NCBI GenBank assembly: GCA_951406725.2
Contig: OX597820.1
Coordinates: 103,354,001 to 103,418,000 of the forward strand
DNA length: 64,000 nt
Reading direction: 5' to 3'
DNA from: Octopus vulgaris
Taxonomy: Eukaryota
Part shown: in pieces, positions 52,320-64,000 of the stretch
How the letters are laid out: every line of letters starts with the position of its first letter
How positions within the stretch are numbered: position 1 is the first letter of the stretch
Notes under the pieces: model-generated
Told to the model about the DNA's origin: nothing
Seen by the model: the letters and a program-made list of their open reading frames with translations, nothing else
The model's database searches: none
Translations under genes and position numbers: made by a program

Positions 52320-53102
52320 GCACATACATACATACACGTCTATGTGTGCATGTGTCTATGTGTTGATAGCTAGATTGATAAACAGGTAGGTAGGGAGATA
52401 AATGCATGTATGTGGTAGGTGCGACTAATTATAAATGCACATATTACTTCTCAAACGTTCTACATGTGACTTTACAAGATTATTGTTGTCTGAATTCCAA
52501 TGATGAAATCCTTTTTATTTGTTAGAGACTGTTTCCTTCTTTCCTGGAGATAGCTGACTATAGAGAAACATAAAATAAACATACGTTAAACATCACCGGC
52601 AACTTCCCTAAGGTGTCACCAAACATCTTTAACGAATCATAAAACAATATACAATACTATCGTTGTGGTACAGTCGTAGAGAAATATCAGCAAAGAATCC
52701 GTACACACCTTTCGACTTAATAAATATTAATGGAAAATTCCAATAAAAAATTCGAATCTTTACCACTAAACGCACGCAGTCCGATGTTATTGGAAATTTT
52801 TATACAGATACAGACTTGCAAACTAGTTACGAAAATGCTATAATTATTTAAGAGAGATTATTAATTAAAAGGTTACATCTCTATAAAACTGAGATTTTCT
52901 TTTTTCTCTTTGAGAGTTTAGCTATCCAGATCCGTATATTCTGAACAGTACAAGAAACCAAAGTTTGTTCCTTATATGTGTTCCCACAGCAGCTAATGGG
53001 GCTAGGGCTGGAGTCGTGATTTAAGGTTATGATATAGGGTTTAGGGCTAGAGATCGAGTGTAGAGGCAGGTTAGGGCTTAGGTTTAAGATTATGCGTTAG
53101 GG

Positions 53103-53287
53103 TACTGCTCTACAACCGGTATGCTGCGGCACACTGGTGGGCCACAAGACGGTGCTAGGTGTGCCGCAGTCTAACCTGAATATAACTTTTTCCCTATACT
53201 TTTAGTTATATTTTCAGTTCAGGTGTGCCGCCGAATTTCGAAAAGAATATAAGTGTACCGCAAGTGAAAAAAGGTTGCGGAGCATTG
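53103..53287. mobile_element. hAT-type MITE
   Basis: TIRs tactgctctacaacc and ggttgcggagcattg; TSD-like cgttaggg / ctttaggg. Confidence 0.65.
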
Positions 53288-53295
53288 CTTTAGGG

Positions 53296-53608
53296 TATAG
53301 GTTCTCAACCATTCTTTCTTTTTTTTTTTTTGTCAATGGACCCCTTACAGTGGTTAAGAACTAATTTTATAGATACTTTCAAAATTCTTGCCTGGTTATT
53401 AACTTATTCACTTGTAGAGGTTAAACTATGTACAATGCTGGAGGAAGAAACCTAGATGTTTCTTGAAGTACGTACTTTTAAATCAAAATTTTTTATGGGC
53501 CCTTAAAATACTGCTGTAGATTCCCGATTTACTATTTTACTAGCATGGATCCCTAAAAATCTTATATAGATCTCTAGGGGTCATATGACTCCCGGTTGAG
53601 AACCGCTA
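53296..53608. mobile_element. Second hAT-type MITE, abutting the first
   Basis: TIR cores ggttctcaacc and ggttgagaacc; internal atggaccc-like repeats. Confidence 0.65.
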
Positions 53609-55040
53609 CTATGGGGTTCGGGTTAGGGCTTGCAGCGCTCCGCAAAATTTCATTTGTTTTTCTTTCTTTTCTTTTAGCTGTTTCAGTCATTATGATTGCG
53701 GCCATGCAGGAGCACTGCCTTGAAGGGTTTTAGTCGAACGAATCGACCCTAGAACATTTTTTAAACTTAGTACTATGGATAACATTGGTGGCATGGAGAG
53801 GGGAGGCTGATATGCATAGGTGACTGTTGGTCTTCAATAAACAACCTGGCTTGGACTTGTGCCTCGGAGGGAAACTTTCAAGGTGCACTCCCATGGTCAT
53901 TCAAGACCGAGAGGGTCTTTAATCTTTTACATCTGTACAGAAATTTCCAATAAATTCTTAAACGGCAAAGGTTCTAAAATTTCGTCAAATACAAATTTAA
54001 AAGCAGTTTTCATTTAGTCACTTGGGATTCTTTAAAAGACTTACTATTGTGGAAACCTACTGTCAAACATTAACGAACATCTCTTAGAAAAATAAGGAAG
54101 CTAATCCAGACTTTTCAACTACAGTATCATTCTTATAGGTTCATATTAAATTAAGTTACTGATAATTTCGAAAAACAATGGTTACAGCATGTTATTCTTC
54201 AGAGTTGCTTTTTTAAAAAAATTACTATTTGACTATTATGTCTTAGAAACATCATTTGTAGTTCTACCAACCTTTTTTTGTGTGTCGACGAAGATATTGT
54301 GTATAAAGCCGGGATGTCTACATCTATCTATTACATAAAGAGTGAGCTAAAATCTATAGATATGCTCTGTAATACAATATATTGATTTCAAATTTTGGTA
54401 CAAGGCCAACAATTTCGGGTGGGTGGGCGATAACATCGACTCCTGTTCAAAACTGGTGCTTATTTTATCGATCTCAAAAGGTATGAAAGGCAAAGTCGAC
54501 CTCGGCAGAATTTGAACTGTTGAAGACAAAATAGATACCTCTACTGATGTAGTGGATAGATAATAACCCGAACAACCTTTTAGAATCCTATAAATTCGTA
54601 AACAGAAGCACTTAATATTTCTCATTTGCTTTAGTTTTTATTCATTTCTGGAAGAATAAAACTTGCGACTTGAGCTATAACTGAAGTTAGTCCAAAGAGA
54701 AAATATTAGGGATCATAGTCACGAATGTGATAGAAGTAAATACGAAATCAAGCTTTGGTGATATAATGTAACTAAAGAGCGATGTAGGCCGCGGTAGTTA
54801 TTCATTTTGCTGGGATTTTTTCCCCCTGAATCAACCGTGATCAATTGACCGATAACATTCTAACTGAATCCCACCCACCCACCATTTTCTTTTATACCAA
54901 GATGATACAGCCAGAAGTGATAATCTCTGTTCTACAAAACGCTTCATTTCATTTAATGGAAATCATATTAATCCACATGATGAACATATAGATCATAAAA
55001 AAGAACTCTATACATTTTTTCATTCACAACTACACACATT

Positions 55041-55148
<108 letters not shown>

Positions 55149-55199
55149 ATGTGTGTGTGTGCTTGTGCGTGTGTGTGTGTATGAATGTATATATATATA

Positions 55200-55749
55200 T
55201 ACATGTAAAATCAAAATAAGCAACAGGATATCATGAAGTAATGCAGTACGACCGTTTCAAGCGGCTCCATTTAATTGAACAATACAATCATTAAATCAAT
55301 TTAAATGCAGTGCTATCATCAGCTGCACAAATAAATAGAATTTTAACCAGTTGGACACATTAATATAATTTTTCTCAAATACTTTAACAGAGCATGAAGA
55401 TGGAAGAAATTCATGTTGTCGCTGTTGATAAGAAAAATACTAATATATAGCCATATTTAATAATCAAGTCGCGATTTTGGAAGGCGTTGAAAGAGCAGGT
55501 AGAATCCGTCTTTACATACGTAAGAGGTCTGAAAATAATGATTTGGTCTGGTGTAACGGTCCCTTCAACTGTGCCATATCCACAAGCATATATAAGGCAT
55601 TTATGGCAATTTGGAAAAAATTTCCCTGCCTCCCATAGATATAACGGAATATTTTCCCGTAAGACAGTTAGAATCTCGTATTCTAACCTTCCCAATATGG
55701 GTACCATCATAGCCAGATTAAATATAAAGAATATAAAATCGGCAGAGGG

Positions 55750-55823
<74 letters not shown>

Positions 55824-55833
55824 CAACAACAAC

Positions 55834-55895
<62 letters not shown>

Positions 55896-56148
55896 TAATA
55901 ATAATATTGTCAACACTAGTTTAAGCCCCTACAAGGAAAATAATATTAATGGTGATGTAGGAATTAGAAACAACAGTACTAACATATCTAATATGTACGA
56001 TATAGACTGTAACTCCGCGGTTTATACTAGCACAGGGATTACTGATACAATGCCCGTTGATGCTGAGATGAATTTGAATGATACTACAGTTGAAGGAAGT
56101 ATAAATAATAACAGAGATAAAAATAACACATACGATAGTAGTAGTAGG

Positions 56149-56224
<76 letters not shown>

Positions 56225-57990
56225 TCAGTGATATTAATAGTAGTAATGCTCCTGGTTACAATTGTAGAGTTAAATCCCACTGTCCGTTATTAGGCCGATG
56301 TCTAATCCAAAACGTAGAGATTGGTACTTTATATATATAGGATGTTCGATAAATATGAAAAAACGTATCAATAACCATTTTCCATCTTTTAGACTCAAAC
56401 ATAAAGCCAATTTTACGTCCTTATCTAGCAAGATTTGGGAAATGAAGGAAAGCGGGATCGAAATTAGCCTTAAATGGGATATAATACGGAAAACGCGGCC
56501 TTATAGAAATAGTCGATACGGGTGTGAGCCGTACTCTATGGAAACTTATGAGATTTTTAAGTATAGGGACAACAACAACCTGATTAATAATAGATTACAC
56601 CTAAGGGTATCATGCGTGCATAGTGTCACCCGTATATTTAAGTACTTTCGAAATTAGCGATTATAGGTGCCATACTTGAACTTTGGTGGTTGAAATCAAT
56701 TTTGGTGTCGCATCTTTTTTAAACTTACCCTCTAGTATTTAATATAATAAAATCATGGGATATTATGTTATATGGTGAATTAAGTTGCATTGCATATGTT
56801 ATAAGCTATATGTTATGGTATGTGGTGTGCTATATGTAATTACTATCCCATGATAACTCCTCCCTAGTTAGTCTGACTTCATCATATTTTTGGTGATTAA
56901 ACTATTTTTTCTTTTATTTCCTTTCTATGATGTCTGATCATATGTATATTTGTAATGGCTTTTATGTAAGTAAGTATTCTAATTATATACCCCCTAGAAA
57001 CTATAAAATCATATATTTAATAACACCTGTAGCATAAAAATTTATAAGATCTCTTCGGTCTGAATACCTCTAACTGCCCTTACTATACCCATACCTACTG
57101 CCTCCGCTTTTCGGGTTACCTTTATATCTTCCCTACCTCAAATTTTAATACCCTGTCTCTTTAAATATAGGTTATATATATTTCTTATTTTCTATAAATT
57201 CTTATTATCATGTTTTCTTATTTTGATATCCTTACCTATTAACCTCTTATCCCTTAAAATTGTTACTGTTCTTAAATAGAGATTTTTCAGCTACTTAGGT
57301 CTATGCGAGAGGGTTATACTATATCCATATAAACGTAAAAATATTTGTATATGTGTATATATGCATATATGTGCATAACCTATTAATCTCTTATCTCTTA
57401 TAAATTGTTATTTTTCTTGTTCGTAAATAGATACTTTTCAGTTACTTAAGTCTATGCGAGATGGTTATACCATATCCATGTAAAGATATAAATATTTGTG
57501 TATGTGTATGTGTGCATGTGCGCATATATATATAAATATGTGTGTGTCTCTGTACACATCTTTATTTTTTCTGATTCTTGGCTTATAATTAATATATAGA
57601 TTGTATGTTTATCTTTCGGGTATTCCATAAGTAAGTGCATTGAGCAGCCTTTATAGAAAGCACCTAATAAGTAATTAATTAAGTACATGAATGAATATTA
57701 AACTGATTTTATGTAATCTTTCTTTGTTAATGTTGATAATTGATATATACACACATATTACCTATTTTCGTTATGATACCATTTTTTATAATCTTAAATT
57801 TTATTTTTATACAACATAACAATATTGTTTATAAACAATCACCCATATACCCCAAGATAAAATTTCCTCTGTATTAACATCCTAACTTTTATTAGCGTCT
57901 TGCCCCTTTAACTGGTAATTAACATCATTATGAGATCATGGTTAATCGTCTTATGGTAGACACTATAGGTGCAGTTCTGAAGATGCACCT
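55200..57990 (+). mobile_element. Decayed Penelope-like element: inverted terminal piece, RT C-terminus, poly-Asn linker, GIY-YIG endonuclease, AT-rich 3' region (3' limit uncertain)
   Basis: FPASHRYNGIFSRKTVRISYSNLPNMGTII (~55620-55720); YNCRVKSHCPLLGRCLIQNV; YIGCSINMKKRINNH...TSLSSKIW...LKWDII...CVH (56298-56657). Confidence 0.8.
55242..55327 (-). ncRNA. Type I hammerhead ribozyme motif with canonical core, at a PLE end next to (TA)n/(TG)n
   Basis: Minus strand: tgcag-CTGATGA-tagcactgcatttaa...ttaaatggagccgctt-GAAAC-ggtc-GTA-ctgca. Confidence 0.75.
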
Positions 57991-58679
57991 CATATGGGCA
58001 GCATGCATAAGCAAATACAACGTCAGACAAAAAGGAGTGATAACATTTCCTTCAAAGAGTTTATGCTGTTGTGGAGGAAGTTCGGGTAAGCAGGATGGTG
58101 ACGCTCAGCAATAAGGATCTTGTACAAGATGGGTCAACATACAGCAGAGGAACGTCACTTGATTGGATCTCTAGAGGGCTGGGATCAAACCCATCAGATT
58201 TCAGATCCAGGATGTGTATGACATATCACCAAGTCCGTCAATTTTCCACAGTGAAGCACTTTCCCGGCCCTTGTTGAAAGAAAAAGCCCTTAAAACATCT
58301 CTGCAGTATCTGCTCTTGAACCCTAGCTGACGGCAGCTACTGTTAGCCTAATAACCAAAAACTCAAGGCGGTCACTGAAGGATGTTATCAGTAATTCAGT
58401 TCAGTAGATATGACCCTAAGAAGAAAGCTATCACTTCTCTTATAGCTAGAGAGGAGCTCTGTTCACTGAATCAACGATAGTACCTACTTTCCTCAGCTCC
58501 AGACTGGCTACCAAAAGGGTCTTGTTAAACAATTAACCCTCGACATATTTCCCTGTCATTCATGTATCATATATGAAACAGATATCCATCTTTTCTCAAC
58601 CAACAGAGTAACTTGAGACTTATGAAAGCTAAGCTTAATATAATTCAGAACGTATGAAACAAAGCTGCCTTAAAGTCTG

Positions 58680-60545
58680 AAAACAAGTATGTAAATATTA
58701 ATCGGATTATGCAATATTCTATATCCATTACGGCTGATCTTACCTATCGGTTTCGCACTAGGGGTTCAACGGTGTGTTAAGTAACAGTCCAATTATATAA
58801 CCCTGCGCTCCTCAGAAGTAGCCGTTATGGAATGAAATATGGTGACTACGCTAGTTTTGGAGGTGAATAGACACATTCGGTTTGTGTGCTGTGAAAAAGA
58901 TGAGGAAACAAATCGAGCAGGAGTTAGGCTAAGTGTTATGTCGCTTGGTATCAAAAACATCATCCCTGGGGATGGTTTTGTTGCAAGTTGGCAAGAGATT
59001 TCTGGAAAAGAGTTTATGGGAAAAGTGTACATCTTTAAGGTTGATGTTCTTGTGAAAACGGAATGTGTAAAGTGGTACCGTATGTATAGCCTATGCGGGT
59101 AGGGGTAACATGTCTGTGTTTGCTAGTGTGTTTTCTTTCTTTTATGCTTTGGTTAAACTCTTAGGGTATTTATGTATGCATGTAGTGTGTGTAGAGGTAC
59201 AATCTGTGTAGGGGCTTATATAGGGGACGGTGGAAAAAATCTATTGGGTGGATATTCGCCGTGCTAGGGCGTGTGTGTTTGTGGGTGCGTTTGTGTATGT
59301 TCTGGTCAAACTCTTTGCCACAATCCCAGGTGTTGATGGAGGGCCGAAGTTGTGGGGGGGGGCTGATGATTATAGTCTTGATGGGGTATGCAGGTATGAT
59401 AGGATGTACTTCCTTTCATGTGAGCAAGGATTAAAAATTTCACTTTGGCTCTTCAAGTAGATGCCTGTGTGTTGGGATATCTTTAGAATCGCTCTTTTCT
59501 CAGCCAGGCCTAATCTGTACTTCCTGCTGCTATTGAAGTACATTTTACATTTCTCTAGGATCATCCACTTTATGCCACACGTGTTTGGCCAGGGTTGTGG
59601 TGTTATGTCTCTCCGAGATGCTGAAGGAGGACTTGCAGCTGTTATAGTGGGGCCTGAAGGGGGCCTTCTGTTGCTGCCATGTGCTTTCGCTTGTTTGGTT
59701 GCCCACTTGGCCCTATTACTGCTACCTCCGCCTCGTATACGATGGTCTCTGTATTACAGTGGGCATTCAGTGGACATGATGTGTTACCCCTACATAAGAA
59801 TCCTACCTCTGTCTCAGGTGTGGGTCTAACCACTTAAATCTTTTTTACATTGTTTGCATGGATGCACAACTAAAAGAAACTCTCAGGGTGTATCTATTAA
59901 ATATTTTGCTGAACCTATTTGTACGGAGGAAGTGCTTGTCTACTAAGTTAAGGAAAATATTACCTACCCAGATTTTGATACTTAAAGAGAAGGGCGGTGT
60001 GAACCACAACACTCTTCGGTGGCACTTTCTCTTGGATGGTTTAGGATCTAGCGTGTAACTAATGCTATCCTTGAAACCGCTGGCAGCCAGAGCCTCATTA
60101 TACTACGGGGTGGAAACATAAAAAATCTCTTTGTTTGAGGATAAGTTGGAGATTCTTCTATTGACGCCCTTTACTAGGTTCTTGAAACTATGGCTGGATG
60201 ACGAACCTGTGTTAATATATGCTAGCTTTGCATCTGGTTTCCTAAAGGATCTATAGGCACCGTACTCCAAGTCCATGGTCACATCAAGGAAATCCACCGT
60301 TTTCTGGTTGGTTTCTATCGTGGCCTTCAGTCTGAGTGAATTCATGGTGCTGGTGAAGTCCTTTCTAAGATTATCTAGTGATGGCCATTTGCCCATCTTG
60401 ATATTGCCAGCAAGTCACCCCTGTAGAGGCCAAAGTTAGTGGAATGGGGCTTAATTTTTAGTAAATCTTTGACGAAGAAACCATCAAGTTCATACACGTC
60501 AGCACTGTCGAACACGCCCATTGTTGGTCCATGAAAGACTGTTTT
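58680..60545 (-). mobile_element. Decayed Penelope-like element (RT, GIY-YIG, 3' repeat with HHR)
   Basis: TMGVFDSADVYELDG...GLYRGDLL; VDFLDVTMDL...FRKPD...RRISNLSSN; WFTPPFS; CRGNTSCPLNAHCNTETIVYEA. Confidence 0.85.
58725..58830 (-). ncRNA. Type I hammerhead ribozyme motif with extended stems I and II
   Basis: Minus strand: ccataacggct-actt-CTGAGGA-gcgcagggtt...aacccctagtgc-GAA-ACC gata GGT-A-agatc-agccgtaatgg. Confidence 0.78.
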
Positions 60546-60589
60546 GATGATCATTGTTACTATCATTTCAGAGCTTTCTACTAACATAT

Positions 60590-61160
60590 CCATGCATGGT
60601 CTTCTGTTCATATACGCTCATCCTTTCATCTGATGATACGTTGCAGTAGAGTCGTGCGACTTCTTTGAGCATGTATTTAAGGTTATCAGAGAAGGAATGC
60701 TGCTCAAGGAGCTACCTTCCTAGTCTTATGATGTTATCAGTTTTATGTATGCAAATTTGGTCAAGGGATGCACTTCGATACTTGGTGGTTAAAAGATGTT
60801 GCCAAAGTGATATGATTCGACATTCAAAGGCAGTTTCGATTGATGTTAATCCTCTGCCGCCTTGTTTTCGTTTAGGTAGAGGCGGTCTACGTCACTGTTT
60901 ATGCGGAAATTATGTGTGCTTGTTAGTATCTTCCGGGTTTTCACATCAATGGCTCGAATTTAACCAAGCGTCCAATCAAGCAGCCTAAATGTTGGTATGC
61001 GTACTGGCACTTCAAACAAATAGTAATCCACTGTTTCATTGAATGCAGAGAGTTCTGAGATCCAAATATTCCTTATTCGGCTGTAATATTCTTTAGTGAC
61101 ACGTGTTTTGTTACAGGTGCCATTGTAAGGTATGTTTTCATCCACCCCTAGATACATGTA
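60590..61160 (-). mobile_element. R4/Dong-like LINE internal fragment (post-RT region)
   Basis: YLGVDENI...KEYYSRIRNIWISELSAFN...LLDWT...IDVKTRKIL...LYLNRKQGGRGL. Confidence 0.75.
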
Positions 61161-61179
61161 TGTTTGTATGCATATATGT

Positions 61180-61500
61180 GAAGGCGCGTGGCTTAGTGGT
61201 TAGGTTATTAGACTCACAATCGTAAGGTCGTGAGTTCAATACCTGGCGGCTCATTGTGTCCTTGAACAAGACAATTTATTTCATGTTGCTCCCGTCCAGT
61301 TAACGAAAAAAAATGAGTAGTATCTCTATTTTAAAGGGCCAGCTTTGTCACTCTTTGTGTCACTCTGAATCTCCCGGAGAACTACGTGAAGGGTATACGT
61401 GTTAGTGCAGTGATCAGACACTTACGCGTTAATTTTACAAGCAGTGTTCTGTTGTTCAGATCAACTGGAATCCTCGTCGTCAAAATCGACAGCGGGCCAG
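61180..61500 (+). mobile_element. SINE family C, diverged
   Basis: gaaggcgcgtggcttagtggttagg...gtgtccttgaacaagaca. Confidence 0.85.
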
Positions 61501-63486
61501 TTTAAATGTATGCGTTTTCTTATAAGAGTGAAAGAAAGTTGATTAGCCAACAATCAAAACCATTTTTCTGCTTCAGTTATTTGGAAATGTATTTCTTGTT
61601 TATATATGTTCACATCTTCGCATTTACATATGTCAAAGAAATTTAAGTGTACCACTGAGGGCTGTTATGTCCTAACCAAGTCGAGTTTGTGACCAATTAC
61701 AATTTATATTTGAGCCATCCTACTTATAATGTCTCAACATATCTACGATTTCTGGTATCAGCATTAAGAGGCTTGATTTGAGTTACCTAAAGTCTTTGCA
61801 CGTGACTGGACTGGAAGTTGCTGGAAGTTTTTACTTTCATTTTCACATTTATTGAATTTGTTAATCAGTATTTATCTGAAATTAAATATTTAATCTTCTA
61901 GATTCACTACTAAACACATACAACTTCACAACCAAGACGGCTTGATTCATCCGTCTCCTCTCACTGGATCTGTCACGGTGTCTTTCATGATACACCCCAT
62001 AGTCCTTTCATCTTATGAAAAGTAAGACCGAATGACTGCAGCTTGAACACCATTGATCATTTAGTCTTCTCCATCAGAACTGGGTGCGTTTGCACAGTGG
62101 GTGATATTTTCTCGGTGAACTAAATCCGTGACCTGATTTGTATCTTTAGCTGAAACCAATTTATTGTCATATCTATTATTAAAATGACCTTGAGAGAGTA
62201 CCAACTTCCTTCTACTGTTCTTTCTGAAATGTTATTTCTCAATATTCGTTGAAAAGTTTCAGGAAATTGGGAGAAAATGTACTTAAGGGCATCACAGAAC
62301 AATTATGTTTTTAAAGCACGAAACTAGATATTTATAGGAGGAAACTTTGAGAGAAAATTGCGTGACGTCCATACCTTTCTCATTATCTAAGATAAGGGCC
62401 ACCATTAAGTTCATTTTACAATATCATGCTCGTCATCAGTTATAACACGTATAAACAAGCAGAACTCGGGGAAAAATAAACGGTGTAGGTGTATATCAGC
62501 AAATGTTATGCAACAAAATTGGTTAATTTGAACAAGTTTGTATGCCGCGAGGAGAAAAGGCATCTCATATTACATGACAGTCTTTTTGTCTCAGGGAAGA
62601 GAAAGTTTTGAATTCAATTATCAGTTATATTTTTTGTTCTGGAATTATTTAAGAAACCCCAGTTCAGTTAAAAGTTAACGGGTAGTTGTAACAATTGTAC
62701 TTTATCCAAAGCAATCAGCGACAGAACCAAAGTATAAATGGCGTTCAAACGAAAATGAAACTGCGATATAGCCACAACTCGTCGGTTGCTCCGCCATTCC
62801 TTTACAAGATCAGATAACTTATTAAATTCACTGATTCTTATTTAGAAATGAAAGGAATGCAATATTGTAGCGTTCATTCTTTTAATAAGGGCGTCAGCAA
62901 CAAAAATTAAATAAAATGGATTCAATTGAGAATCGAAACCGCGTCTATGGCAGGGCTTATTGAAAGCATATCTCTTACTGTACGTTCGCGCGTCAGCAGA
63001 ACAAGACACCGTATTAAACAAACAACTGGGTTGAAAGCAATAACAATGAGGTTACATAATAACCTTATCCAAACAGAATCAAGTGCCATAAACAATACAT
63101 ACATACATACATACATACATACATACATACATACATACATACATACATACATACATACATACATACATACATAGAATTAGCTTTAGTAAAATCCTTTTCA
63201 AACTGAAATACATTCACTGGAGACATCAGAAATATCATCTTTGTTTCTGTCTTAATCGTACACTTGATACCAACAAGCACACACAAAAGAAACTATCAAA
63301 TTTCTTTAAAAACAATATGGAAAACTCATTTAAAGAGGGGGAAAAAATACAGCAGCCTTCTCAAAAATATTCTGTTCCGTGGCCTTCTCATTGCTATCGG
63401 TAATGCATGTGCGAATTGTATTTTGATATTACGTGAATATGTATGCTTGTATACAGATAGATATGAGTGTTGTTTACATTAGATAC

Positions 63487-63576
<90 letters not shown>

Positions 63577-64000
63577 TTGATATAAACAAATAACATTTTG
63601 GGATAAACAAATAATGCTATATATGTATGTACATATATACTCATATACATGCATATATATATATATATGCATGTATATACATGTATAGCTATACACACAA
63701 ACATACCTACACACAAATACATACACACACACACACTTACACAGAAACACACACACGAATACACACAATCACATAAATATATACATACGTATACATGTAA
63801 ACGTATCTGTGATGTAAATCGGTGAGAAAAACTATAAACTTTCGAAAGAAAGTTCCCTTTTATAATAATTGCTTCGCCTGAGTTGCTCGAGCAATCCCTT
63901 GTTACTCTTGTCGTAAAAAAACACAGTGAACCAGTGAGCCAGAGTTCGAACCTTCTAGAAACCTGTGAACGACGATGCTATTTGCCATAAAATGATGTTA

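Noticed and set aside
57964-58015. CTGAAGA inside a small hairpin at the PLE 3' end
   Set aside because: No GAAA follows; at best a dead remnant.
59330-60545. Selenocysteine read-through as reported for some Naiad-type PLEs
   Set aside because: The copy has frameshifts and mixed stop codons; conserved in-frame TGA or a SECIS element cannot be judged.
61850-63085. Faint retroelement-like peptides (61850-62320 minus; 62926-63085 plus)
   Set aside because: No diagnostic motif recognised with confidence.

Overview
Repeat-saturated, AT-rich animal genomic DNA. The tRNA-derived SINE families and the microsatellite load look like an octopus (cephalopod) genome; this is an inference. I see no host protein-coding exon, rRNA or intact tRNA gene, and most long ORFs in the track are microsatellite artefacts. 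The real content is transposable-element debris. (1) A head-to-tail stack of R4/Dong-type restriction-like-endonuclease LINEs, each separated by (TAA)n (22.9-29.3 kb), including a 3.26-kb copy whose ORF has only two nonsense codons. (2) Several decayed Penelope-like elements (PLEs) and many PLE terminal fragments carrying type I hammerhead ribozyme (HHR) motifs, often as fold-back palindromes. One is a near-perfect 283-bp palindrome with a G3:C8 core-covariant HHR on each strand. (3) At least four SINE families that show module shuffling, one with a 3' hairpin shared with a local LINE. (4) Tc1, pogo/Tigger and hAT relics and MITEs. (5) A near-identical 421-bp tandem array. All coordinates and pairings were read by eye; no database search or folding program was run.
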